A DNA stretch of 64,000 bases. It comes from Pavona decussata (taxonomy: Eukaryota). The notes under the pieces were generated by a model, which saw only the letters and a list, made by a program, of their open reading frames with translations, did not search any database and was not told the DNA's origin. Location: positions 1,550,001-1,614,000 of the forward strand of contig CDRNST010000120.1 of NCBI GenBank assembly GCA_977016875.1, read 5' to 3'. Each line of letters opens with the position of its first letter. The stretch's first letter is position 1. A program made the translations under genes and the position numbers. Shown here piece after piece: positions 1 to 10,400 of the stretch.

Positions 1-1
1 A

Positions 2-3000
2 GACTCTTTCGATGAGGACATCGCCAGACTCGTACAGCACATGCACGTACACCGTACAGCACAGGACACCTTCGAGAAAAACAAATGCGAGATTTGGATC
101 AATGGAACCAAAATAGAAGTTGAACCGGATACAGGCGCCGATGCAAACGTCATGGACGAACACCAGTTCAATGAATTGCTACGAGTAACGCCGGAGGTTA
201 AATTACGCAACACGAAGATCAAGCTGAAAACACTCACCGAAGATCTACCAGTTATTGGAGAATGCGACGTCACCTTAGAAAACAAAACGCGAAAAACACA
301 AGCGACAATCGCCGTTATTCAAGGAACAATCGATTCCCTACCGTTACTCGGAAGACAAACACTGGAAGAGCTGGGAATGATCCAATTTGACGCGACAGGA
401 GGACTGAAAGAACCAAATCGAGAAGAATTACAGAAGATCCACAAGATCCAAACCGGAAATGAAGATCTTAACAAGATTCTCTTTCAGCACGAAGAGAGAT
501 TTAGAGGCATTGGCAAAGCAAGAAGAGATGGACAAGACATCGAAATCCATTTACCACTTAAAGAAGATGCGAAACCGATCGCACAAAAGCCCCGCCGAGT
601 ACCATACCACCTAATGGAACCTCTACGTCACCGAATGGAAGAATTTGTCGAGAGAGACATCATGGAAAAGGTGCCAGAACATAACTCCATCACATGGTGC
701 TCACCACTGGTTGTCCAACCGAAACCAAAAAAACCCAACGACATCCGTGTCAGCCTTGACTTAAGAGTACTGAATAAGTCCATGGAGCGCACAAGACAAG
801 TACAAGCACCTATCACAGAGGACTTCATCACCACTTTCAAAGATTGCAAAGTCTTCAGTAAACTTGACATGAACCACGGATACCACCAGTTCTCACTAGA
901 CGAAGAATCAAGAAAACTCATGACATTCTCAAGTCCATGGGGTAACTATCGTTACAAGCGACTCGCGTTTGGAGGTGTCAACAGCCAAGATTTATTTGAT
1001 GCTGAAATGAGCAAGATTATCTCGGGAATACCAAGAGTCCTTAACAACCGAGACGATATCATGATTGGCGGAACCAACTGGGATGACCACAATGCCGACT
1101 TAGCAGCTTTACTTCAACGACTGAAGCTCCACAACCTTACCCTACGTAAGGAGAAGTGTGAATTTGGAAAATCAACCATCGACTTTCATGGGCACCTGTT
1201 CACTGCCGAAGGATTGAAGCCCAGTCCCAGTAAAGTCAAAGCTGTCAGCGAATGCAACCCACCGAAATCTAAAGAAGAGCTTGTGTCATTCTTGCAAATG
1301 ATGGCCTATCTATCACGTTACATCAGCAACTTTTCCAACCGCTGCGAACCGTTGAGAAGACTCACAAAGAAGGAACACAGCTTTGAATGGACCGAAGCTC
1401 AGCAAACTGCTTTCGAAGATCTGAAGACTGCAATTACTTCAGCACCAGTTCTCATCCCATACAAGCCAGGTCGAGAAACCATGGTCATATGCGATGGCAG
1501 CCCAACTGGCCTTGGAGGTGGCTTGTTCCAAAAGACTGAACATGGTTACCAACCAGTCCACTTTGTTAGCAGATCATTAACAGACACCGAGAAACGGTAC
1601 TCTCAAATAGAACGAGAAGCACTGGCTGCAGAGTTTACCACCACCAGGCTACACATGTATCTACTTGGAGCACAGCACTTTCAGTTAGCAACTGACCACA
1701 AACCGCTCCTCCCACTCTTCAATAATCCAACTGCAAAGCTACCACCAAGAATAGAGCGAATAGTGATGAAGATGCAGAACCTAGACTTCACTGCAGTACA
1801 TATACCGGGGAAATCCAATATGACTGACTACCTTTCCCGACACCCATTACCAGAGGTCCAGCAAACAAAACATGAAGGCTACGTCAAAGCAGTCATTGAC
1901 GCAGACCACGCGATAGTCATGGACACTATCCGATCAGCAAGTAAAGAAGACAAAGTGCTGCAGAAGTTGAAGATAGCACTTGAAACAGGGAAATGGAATA
2001 GAAACGATCCAGACCTGATACCATACTACGACGTAAGAGCAGACATTTACGAATCCGAAGGAGTCCTGCTGAGGCTCAACAGGATTATCCCACCAGAATC
2101 ACTGCGAGACAAGATTGTCAGCATTGCTCACAAACAGGGACACTTAGGCATTTCAAAAACAAAAGAACTTCTCAGACGGAAGTATTGGTTTCCCAACATG
2201 AACAAACGCATCGACGATATTGTTAGCACATGCTTCAGCTGCCAAGTGACCACCAACACTCAGCACACTGAACCCGCCAAGATGACGGAACTGCCAGAAC
2301 GACCGTGGAACACCGTCGAGGCAGACTTCTGTGGCCCATTTCCTAATGGCGAATATGTACTCGTTGTAACCGACCAGTACTCAAGATACCCAGAAGCAGA
2401 GTTCATCAGCTCAACATCTATCAAACCAGTCCGAAGAAAACTGAAGAAGATGTTCGCCACACATGGGGTACCACAGACAGTACAAACCGATAATGGACCG
2501 CCATTTAACTCAAAAGAGTTCCAGACACTTGCAACAGAAATGGGATTCAGTCACAAGAAGATCACACCCAAACATCCGAAAGCTCAAGGCCAAGTTGAAG
2601 GTTTTAACAAGCTCGTAAACAAGATAGCGACAATCGCAAAACAGGAAGGGATAGATGTACGCGAAGCAACCTACGACATGCTCCAAACATACAGGGATAC
2701 ACCACACCCAGCAACCAGGAAGACACCCTATGAGCTAATGATGAACAGAGAGATCCGAACGAAACTTGAACACTTCCCATCATCCATACCAACACAGGAT
2801 CAAGAAGTCAGAGTCAACGACCGAAACTACAAAGAACGAATCAAGCAATACCACGACAAGCGATACCGAGCGACGGAACTGCACCTAGACATCGGGCAAG
2901 CAGTCATCGTAAAGCGAGACAAGAAACGAAAAGCTGAGACGCCGTACGAACCGCACATATATGTCGTGACCCAGGTGAAGGGATCAACCATCATCGCCAA

Positions 3001-3283
3001 GAGGTTAACTGATGGCAAAAGTATCTGCCGAGACAAATCAAAATTCAGACGTCTCAAAAGCAATACCAGCAACACCGATTCCAACGAAAGGGAAACAGGA
3101 ACGCAACCTCAAACACAGATACCACCTGCATATCTCCCACAACCACCAGCAATAGCAGCACAGAGGGTGGATGCAGCTAGCAACGATGCAGAACATAACC
3201 AGGCCGCACCGGAACCACTCAGGCGATCCAACAGAAGGCCTAGATCAGTCTTCGAAGGACACTTAAGAGATTTTGAACAATGA
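2..3283 (+). CDS. Ty3/Gypsy (Mag-like) pol polyprotein PR-RT-RNaseH-IN; frame is open to the window edge
   Basis: Protease PDTGAD; RT LDMNHGYHQ, LAFGG and NRDD; RNase H CDGS, EREALA, TDHKPL; integrase HHCC (HKQGH...CFSC) and D,D,E (ADFCGP, TDNGPPF, VEGFN). Domain order PR-RT-RH-IN. No stop upstream of ATG 41. Confidence 0.97.
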   Translation, partial: DSFDEDIARLVQHMHVHRTAQDTFEKNKCEIWINGTKIEVEPDTGADANVMDEHQFNELLRVTPEVKLRNTKIKLKTLTEDLPVIGECDVTLENKTRKTQATIAVIQGTIDSLPLLGRQTLEELGMIQFDATGGLKEPNREELQKIHKIQTGNEDLNKILFQHEERFRGIGKARRDGQDIEIHLPLKEDAKPIAQKPRRVPYHLMEPLRHRMEEFVERDIMEKVPEHNSITWCSPLVVQPKPKKPNDIRVSLDLRVLNKSMERTRQVQAPITEDFITTFKDCKVFSKLDMNHGYHQFSLDEESRKLMTFSSPWGNYRYKRLAFGGVNSQDLFDAEMSKIISGIPRVLNNRDDIMIGGTNWDDHNADLAALLQRLKLHNLTLRKEKCEFGKSTIDFHGHLFTAEGLKPSPSKVKAVSECNPPKSKEELVSFLQMMAYLSRYISNFSNRCEPLRRLTKKEHSFEWTEAQQTAFEDLKTAITSAPVLIPYKPGRETMVICDGSPTGLGGGLFQKTEHGYQPVHFVSRSLTDTEKRYSQIEREALAAEFTTTRLHMYLLGAQHFQLATDHKPLLPLFNNPTAKLPPRIERIVMKMQNLDFTAVHIPGKSNMTDYLSRHPLPEVQQTKHEGYVKAVIDADHAIVMDTIRSASKEDKVLQKLKIALETGKWNRNDPDLIPYYDVRADIYESEGVLLRLNRIIPPESLRDKIVSIAHKQGHLGISKTKELLRRKYWFPNMNKRIDDIVSTCFSCQVTTNTQHTEPAKMTELPERPWNTVEADFCGPFPNGEYVLVVTDQYSRYPEAEFISSTSIKPVRRKLKKMFATHGVPQTVQTDNGPPFNSKEFQTLATEMGFSHKKITPKHPKAQGQVEGFNKLVNKIATIAKQEGIDVREATYDMLQTYRDTPHPATRKTPYELMMNREIRTKLEHFPSSIPTQDQEVRVNDRNYKERIKQYHDKRYRATELHLDIGQAVIVKRDKKRKAETPYEPHIYVVTQVKGSTIIAKRLTDGKSICRDKSKFRRLKSNTSNTDSNERETGTQPQTQIPPAYLPQPPAIAAQRVDAASNDAEHNQAAPEPLRRSNRRPRSVFEGHLRDFEQ

Positions 3284-3469
3284 CAATTAGAATTTGAGAA
3301 ACACGTGAGAGAATAGCTAAGAATTAGGACACCGATCGGACATTGGACATAAACTGTTACTGTTATGTAATCGCACGAATCATTTATGATTATATTTTAG
3401 TAATAAGAGATCTTGGTCGATTATTTTTACATTCACGATTTGTACAGGAATGTACTGAAAAGGGAGGAA

Positions 3470-3623
3470 TGTAGTAATATGATAGTGCATGATTATGCAA
3501 TACATGATACGTATCACATGATTACTGTAAGCAGAAAGCACATGGTATAATACAGTGAGTTAAACGGATGTCTGTGTCTTCACTCGTGTCTTCAATTATA
3601 TAAAGAACCCTTCGGTTACTACA
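3470..3623 (+). repeat. 3' LTR, 154 bp
   Basis: Begins TGTAGTAA right after the PPT and ends TTACTACA (perfect 8-bp terminal inverted repeat). LINE sequence resumes at 3624. Confidence 0.9.
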
Positions 3624-4315
3624 AATGTTAGAGTCATAATTGGCACACATTAAAATATGGGCTGCACGATTTTGGAGCTTCTGAAGCTTTTCAGAGAGAC
3701 CACTGCCACAGATGGCCCAGACAACACTACAGTAATTAAAATGTGGTTGAACTAGGCTGTCATATACATTAATTAATATGTTAAAAGGTATAAGATGTCT
3801 TATTCGCTTAATTGCGCCCAAAGCAGAAGCAATCCTTTTACAAATGTTCTGTATATGACATTCCCAGTTCATGTTTTGGTCGATGTGCACACCAAGAAAT
3901 TTCGTAGATGACACCTGCTTCACTGGATGGTCATTTATACTGAAAGAAGGAATTTCAGGAAATGTTGATAACTTCTGTCTCGACGCAACTAACATGAACT
4001 CAGTTTTTGTTAAATTTAAGGTCAGTTTATTGGCTGGTAGCCATGCATGTATACACCCTGCTTAAATCATAGTTAAGGTAGTCATCAATATGTTTTAAAT
4101 CTACTCCAGCGAAGGTGAGGCTGGTGTCATCTGCATACATTCTAGGTTGTGAAAAATACAGACAATTTGGCAGGTCATTAATATATAATAGGAAAAACAA
4201 GGGTCCTAGAATTGTTCCCTGGGGGACACCACATTTGACTAACTTTGGAGTAGACATAAAGGAGTTCATTAGACAAGTTTGAGTGCGATTGCTTAAATAT
4301 GACATAAACCATTTG
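3624..4315 (-). pseudogene. 5'-truncated non-LTR (CR1/L2-group) RT fragment, interrupted by the Gypsy element
   Basis: GVPQGTILGPLFFLLYIND, MYADDT, KFLGVHID, LQKLQNRAA. Frameshift near 4045. Reading stops at NYDSNI at the LTR junction. Confidence 0.92.
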
Positions 4316-4789
4316 TGATGAAATTATAAAAGAAATGTGCTAAAAAAAACAAGGTGCTTTTTTAGTCGTACAAAGTAGACTAAAATGAGAAAAATAGTGT
4401 TCCGGGGACTGGGTCAGCTAGTTTAGTGTTTGATGACGTAGGAAATGCCTTCAAGAGCAGAGATTTTTTTACAACACTGATCTGGCCTTGTTATTACAAA
4501 GAATCACCCAATATTTTTATCGCAAAAATTTTTGTGTTCAAGGTTTCCCAAAAAAAAAATGTCGGACAATGACATATAGCGTGCCTTTCCATAAAATGAT
4601 CAAGTGTGCTGTACATCATAGGAAATAAGACTTAAATCCTAAAAGACATAAATTTACAATGGTTTCAACAAAACATGTTAAAATAAAAAAGAGATAAAAT
4701 CAAAAAAATTTAATAGAAACCAACTTGACTTCAATAAAAGCTAACTTAAAATTGAATCTTGCTTGTAAGTAAAGTAATACCGGGCATTA

Positions 4790-7480
4790 ATAACCTTGTA
4801 ATACTTGGCATGTACTAATAACTGGCAAACACAAAAAATACAAGGCATTTATCATTGCTCCAAGACAGAAAATTAAGGGTTCTAGGGATTGATTGTTTAA
4901 TATACTTCAGAGCTCCATTCAGCCAAATTCAGGATTTGTGTCTGGGCTCCAAGCAGAGAACAGCTTTGGGCTCCAGCCTCCATGCTAAAAACTTTCATGG
5001 CTCCAGGGCTCCAAAGGTAATTAAAGGGAATGAGTGTGTAAGATGTAATGTAAGATTATTGTTGTTTTTCCCTGTGTGATCAGTAAAACAGTCATGAGCT
5101 ATGATTTTTTTCATTTCAAAAGAAATAGAAAACTTAAGCTGTGTTTCCAACCCTCTCTCCTCTCCTGGCAACTTATGTGAACAGTTATACCAAATATCTG
5201 GAATTAAATACCCAAGCATTACTCCTTACTCCCCCCTCCCTCTTCCCTTCCGGCAATGGAAGTCATTTATTTTGATGCTCATGACCAAGAGACATATGCA
5301 CAGTGTAGATTACAGTGATCTGTTGAATCGGGCCAGAGTTACACATAAAAAAAAAAAAACTAAGAAATTTTCCCAAAATAATTGAATAAACTTGTGACCT
5401 TCTGATGGACCACTATTTTTGTTAAAAATTTACTCTTTCCTCTACATTTAGGCCAAATGTTTTCCTTGTCAAGGAATTTATACTCAATGGCTAAGATACC
5501 TAGACAAAAAGTGAAAACAACGAATAAAAATGAAAGAAAGAGTGAGCATGCAAATTCAAAGAACTGCCTGGGTTGTTATTGCTCTCATTTAAAAATCTCA
5601 AAAATTTGAATTGTTCTCATGCCTGAAATCAAATTTTCCACACATTAATTAATTTTACAACAGATGTATATTTGTGTTACACGTTGAACTAAGTCTCTAA
5701 AGTTATTTTCTCTCTTTTGGCAGACAAAGAAGAAAACCAGATGGATAGAAGATAGACATTTGTGGTCTAACGTGCAGGATCTTGTTTGAACTTGGACAAT
5801 TTTCACTTGTAAGTATAAAATAGTATTATAACCTTACGATACTTGGCACATAATAACGACTAGCCAACACACCCACAAGAAAAAAAAGGGCATCATGGCT
5901 CCAAGACAGTAGAATAAGGGTTCTTAAGGGATCTATTGCTTTAGTCTTCAGAGCTCCACTTAGCCAAAATCAGGATTTATGTCTGGGCTCCAAGCAGAGA
6001 ATAGGGACTTTAAGAGACGGGGACTACAGGCTACGGTTGGACGCACGGTTTTCTTACTACGGAGGACTGGGCCGACCACACAACGAGTGATGCCAAAATA
6101 TGAAGCTAAGATCGCAGACTACAACACCGGACTACGAACAAAGTAAATCCAGAAAAAGCTCTCTTCATTTTCGTATTTTGCGTCCAGAATGGCTTTTGGA
6201 AAGGTTCAAAATGACCTCATCTCCTCTTAAGTGGATGAAATAATCAACGAAAAAGAATTTGTACTTCTGTTTGATGCCTAAAAATCAGTAAATCCATCAC
6301 TACTTCAATCAAATTCTAATGGTTTGTTTTCAAAATAGTCTAAAATTTCCTTGCAAAATACTTCGGTACAAACATAAAAAACTGTTTACTTACATTACCA
6401 CTTGGGGAAAAGTCACTTCCATCTAGAAAATGCAAAGAGTGTGTTTTAACTCTCAAGTTTTGTTCTCGTGGAAATAAAAGTAAAAACACATTGCAAAGAG
6501 TGTGTTTTAACTCGTAAGTTTTGTTTCTCATGTAAATAAAAGTAAAAACAAATTGGCTGTCAAAATCTGTAAACATGACTTAGCCGTAAATTGTTCGCTT
6601 TTGGGAATTCAAAAGTGCTTGAAATTGCACCAGATGTGGTTGTTCGTGTACGTGATAGAAAGCATCAAGCCCTCAGTCCACATTCTAACGAAAACTTTCT
6701 CTTCTCGTACAACTTTTTTATGACTCTGTACTCACCTTGATCACAATACGAGAAATTCGCTTACTTCACACCGTCGCCAGCTTGCAACGGTGGGAAGCGA
6801 GAGCACGCTTGTCTCATCCCAGTCCTAATTTTGGTCTCGTCCATAGTTGTACTCCTCCGTTGCCGTATCTTAAAGTCCCTAATTGCTTTGGGCTCTAGCC
6901 TCCATGCTAAATACTTCCTGGCTCCAGGGCTCCAAAATTAGAGGGAATAAGGGTGTTGAATGTACGATTATTGTTGTTTTTCCCTGTGTGATCAGTAAAA
7001 CAGTCATGAGCTATGTTTGTTTTTTGGTTTTTTTTTTTTCATTTCAAAAGAAATAGAAAACTTAAGCTGTTTCCTACCCTCTCTCCTCTCCTGGCAACTT
7101 ATGTGAACAGTTATACCAAATATCTGGAATTAAATACAGAAGCATATCCTTATCTCCCACCCCCCTCCCCTCGGGCAATGGAAGTCTTTTATTTTGATGC
7201 TCATAACCAAAAGACATATGCACAGTGTAGATTACACTGATCCTTTGAATCAGGCCAGAGTTAGAAAGAGTGAGCATGCAAATTCAAATAACTGCCTGGG
7301 TTGTTGTTGCTGACTCGTTCAAAAATCTCAAAAATTTGAATTGTTCTCATGCCTGAAATCAAATTTTCCACAGTCACAACATACATATTTGTGTTAAACA
7401 CATTGAACAAAGTCTCTAAAGTTATTTTCTCTTTTTGGCAGACAAAGAAGAAAACAAGATGGATAGAAGATAGGCATTTA
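4790..7480. repeat. Diverged direct tandem duplication (unit 1 ~4790-5765; unit 2 ~5825-7480, including an 878-bp insertion)
   Basis: Collinear shared blocks, e.g. CTTCAGAGCTCCA, TGTCTGGGCTCCAAGCAGAGA, CTGTGTGATCAGTAAAACAGTCATGAGCTATG, GAGTGAGCATGCAAATTCAAA, GATGGATAGAAGATAG. Unit 1 has ~195 extra bp at ~5341-5535. Confidence 0.9.
6003..6880 (+). mobile_element. Non-autonomous PIF/Harbinger-superfamily DNA transposon (deletion derivative)
   Basis: TIRs AGGGACTTTAAGA(G/T)ACGG. 3-bp TSD AAT (6000-6002 and 6881-6883), supported by the empty site in the paralogous unit. Decayed transposase-like N-terminus MAFGKVQNDLISS*VDEIINEKEFVLLFDA* from 6189. Confidence 0.85.
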
Positions 7481-10400
7481 TGGGAAGTGGAGAGGTTGGA
7501 CTGGAGGACAGCAAGGACAAGAAGAATCCCGATGACTTCAAACACACATGGCTTGGTTTAAATTTTAAAGCTGGGTTTACTTTAATTTTTTTAATACAAT
7601 TAACTTTTTCAAAGCTTTAGAAATTGAAATGAACTCTGACCCAGCCCGGGAGGTCTTTGAATGTGGGGTACAGCTGGCCCGGGGTTTTCCTCCTAGGAGC
7701 AAGTGGATGCACGGGGAGGTTTTTCACCCAGCTGTTGTTCCACAACCTCCATTCAGTTACGGCCATTGCTTTGGAACTTTTTTTTTTTCACTTTATGTCT
7801 TGATAGTTTTTCAGCCCATTACTATTTAACCAGCTACAAAGTTTTTTTTTCTCACATTCAGTTTATAATTTATCAAGCTGACCCACACCTTATCTGATTT
7901 TTGCATGTCTTCAAAATTTCGAGAATATATAAGATCTCAATTGAGTCATTTCTTCTTAGGAGCAATGGCTCAATGAAAGGAATTTTCTTCTTTTTTTTTG
8001 TCAGTAAAAACATCATCTTCTTTCTGTAGCAGGTTAGATAATACTAAGGAAACCCAAGCTTACCAACCATTCAAGGATGATACAGGGCATTACGCATACC
8101 TGATTTTGTTCCATAATTTAAATTTGAATTAACCACCTTTGGTGGATGTTTGGGCGTTCAATTTAGCAAAGAAAACATACAATTTCCAATCTTTACACAA
8201 TGTACTCAAATGCTGCTGCATTTGAGACTAAATTTTTTCATAACATGCAAACTTTAGCAGAAGCCAATTCTCTATTATTTTTTCAGTAATTTTTACTGGT
8301 TTGGTTGGCAAGTTTTTTAAGCCTTATCTTGTGAGTGTGCCACCATCAAGTATACAAATAAGTGTCCATTTTTGTTATAGTATAAAAGTTTTACAACTAA
8401 AAAATAGACATCCTTTTCTTTTTCCTTAAAAAGGGTATGGAAAATTACCATTATCCTACACAGCTTTCAACTAGACCAAGAGCATTGACCCTAGCTTCCT
8501 TTGAGGTTTTTCTTTTCCTACTATTAATACCCTTTAGCACAAATTTGCAGAAATATTCTTCAGAGGTATTCAGATCACATGAAACTTAACATCAAAATCA
8601 ACAGTCAGTTAACATTTTCCTTTTAAAACAAACAAACAGAAAAAAATCAGAAGTTAAAGTGCTAGAAATTATCTTTCACTTGAGATTTGTTTGAGGATTC
8701 AGCATGAAAGATTGCGGCAAAGAAAATTGGTCGATTAATTTTTCAACACAGAAGTGAGACACTTGTTTGTACCCATGCAGTTGGAGGAATAAGGTCACTG
8801 TTCAGACTGAATTTGTGCTGACATTCCAATATTAATTTTTTTTGGCGCCAAAATTCATTCTTATTGACCAGAAATTGTAAATTTACATGTGTGAATTATT
8901 TGCTTTGGAGAAAAAGGTTTTAAATTTGGAGCTTTTGCTTCTACTGCAGATTAGCTTCATCAGAAAAATGAGGTGTGAAAACACGTCGGCTTTTCATCTC
9001 TGATTTAACATAATGAGATGAAAAGCTGTGTTTTTACACTTCATTTCACTGATGAAGCTTCTGCCTCATTCTCTGAAGAAAAGAATGTACACACGTTCTG
9101 GTTCATTTATTTTACTGATGTAGAATGTTAAATGAAGATCCCGACAGCTGGCCTTCATTTTAATTCTTTTAATATGCTCAGAGATTTGCCAACATCCTAT
9201 TCCTCCAACTTCTGTGGTAAACTTGTTTTCAAAACAGTGATGGAACTGCTTAAAGGGATTTACATTTATCGGAACTTTTTGAACCTCTTAAAGAAAAATC
9301 TTTCATAATTTTTTGTGGCCAACTTGAATGAGTCTTAAACTTCACTGAAAAGCCAAACTGAAGTGCAAATTCTTCTGTTCAAAATCCAACTGATAGCCAA
9401 CAATTTTCATTGCGACAATTATTGTCATGACAACCAACAGAAAATAAAGAGGACAAGAAACCTTGAAACTCACCGATCACAAGCCTTTGACAAGGTCTTT
9501 TGAACTACAGAACAAAACTTTTAATTTATTCTGACTTCTAATTTATTGAGATCAAATTACATGCCAAACATAACTGTTGGTTGCAATTTTGAAGTTCAAA
9601 GTTTGCCTGTAAATGCTGTTATCATTCAAAATTAATGTAGATAGCAGTGTCCATCGCTGTTTTAAATTTACATTAAATTATGACCTACATATTTCAGTCA
9701 TGATCATGTTGAACAAAAATGTATTATGCATTAAGCATTTAAATAAATTAGGAAAGGAAATGAGTACTGACAGTACTCAGAAACAATGCAGCATTTGAAA
9801 TGGTAGTGACAATAATTCATTCTTTTTTGGCTCCACTTTGAAATGACATCTCATAACATATTAGACTACTCCACACTGATGTCAGATCAGTATTTTCATC
9901 CGATTTGTATATTCTAAGCATTACAATGACAAACAGACTATGCTGTCGTTTCCAGTAGAATACACTTAATGCTCAACATGATCATGATTGGGTAGTTTGA
10001 TAGCTGGTCTAAGTACTGTTTAACTCATTTCAAAACAAAGGAAGCAGGAACATATGCAAAAATGGAGCACTAAGTAACTATTTAATTTTCTTGGACACAT
10101 TATTCACGTTATTTTACAAATTTTCCTTTAGTTTTTATCACTTAAAAAATTTTTCTCTCCTCATAAGGGGCTTGCAGGGATAATTAAACAAATTAACCGG
10201 AAACAATTTTTTCCATAGGTAGACACAATCATTCTGCTTCCTTTGTTTTGTAGAACTCATGCTCATTGACACTGAAATTATTTTTAAGCTCGTGTAGGTG
10301 AAAGTTCTAGGAAGCAATGGTTTATTTTGGGTTTTTCATTAGACAGACGATATCTTTCAGCCACTTTACACAAATTATGCACAATATTGAAGATGAACTT

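Larger units (their letters stand above)
1..3623 (+). mobile_element. 3' part of a Ty3/Gypsy LTR retrotransposon (5' part outside the window)
   Basis: pol ORF, then polypurine tract GAAAAGGGAGGAA (3457-3469) directly before the LTR. Confidence 0.95.

Noticed and set aside
628-3084. Minus-strand ORFs within the Gypsy pol
   Set aside because: Antisense shadows of a long coding frame with no motifs
3522-3623. C-terminal tail of the 157-aa minus ORF
   Set aside because: Read-through from the LINE fragment into the Gypsy LTR, not a real fusion protein
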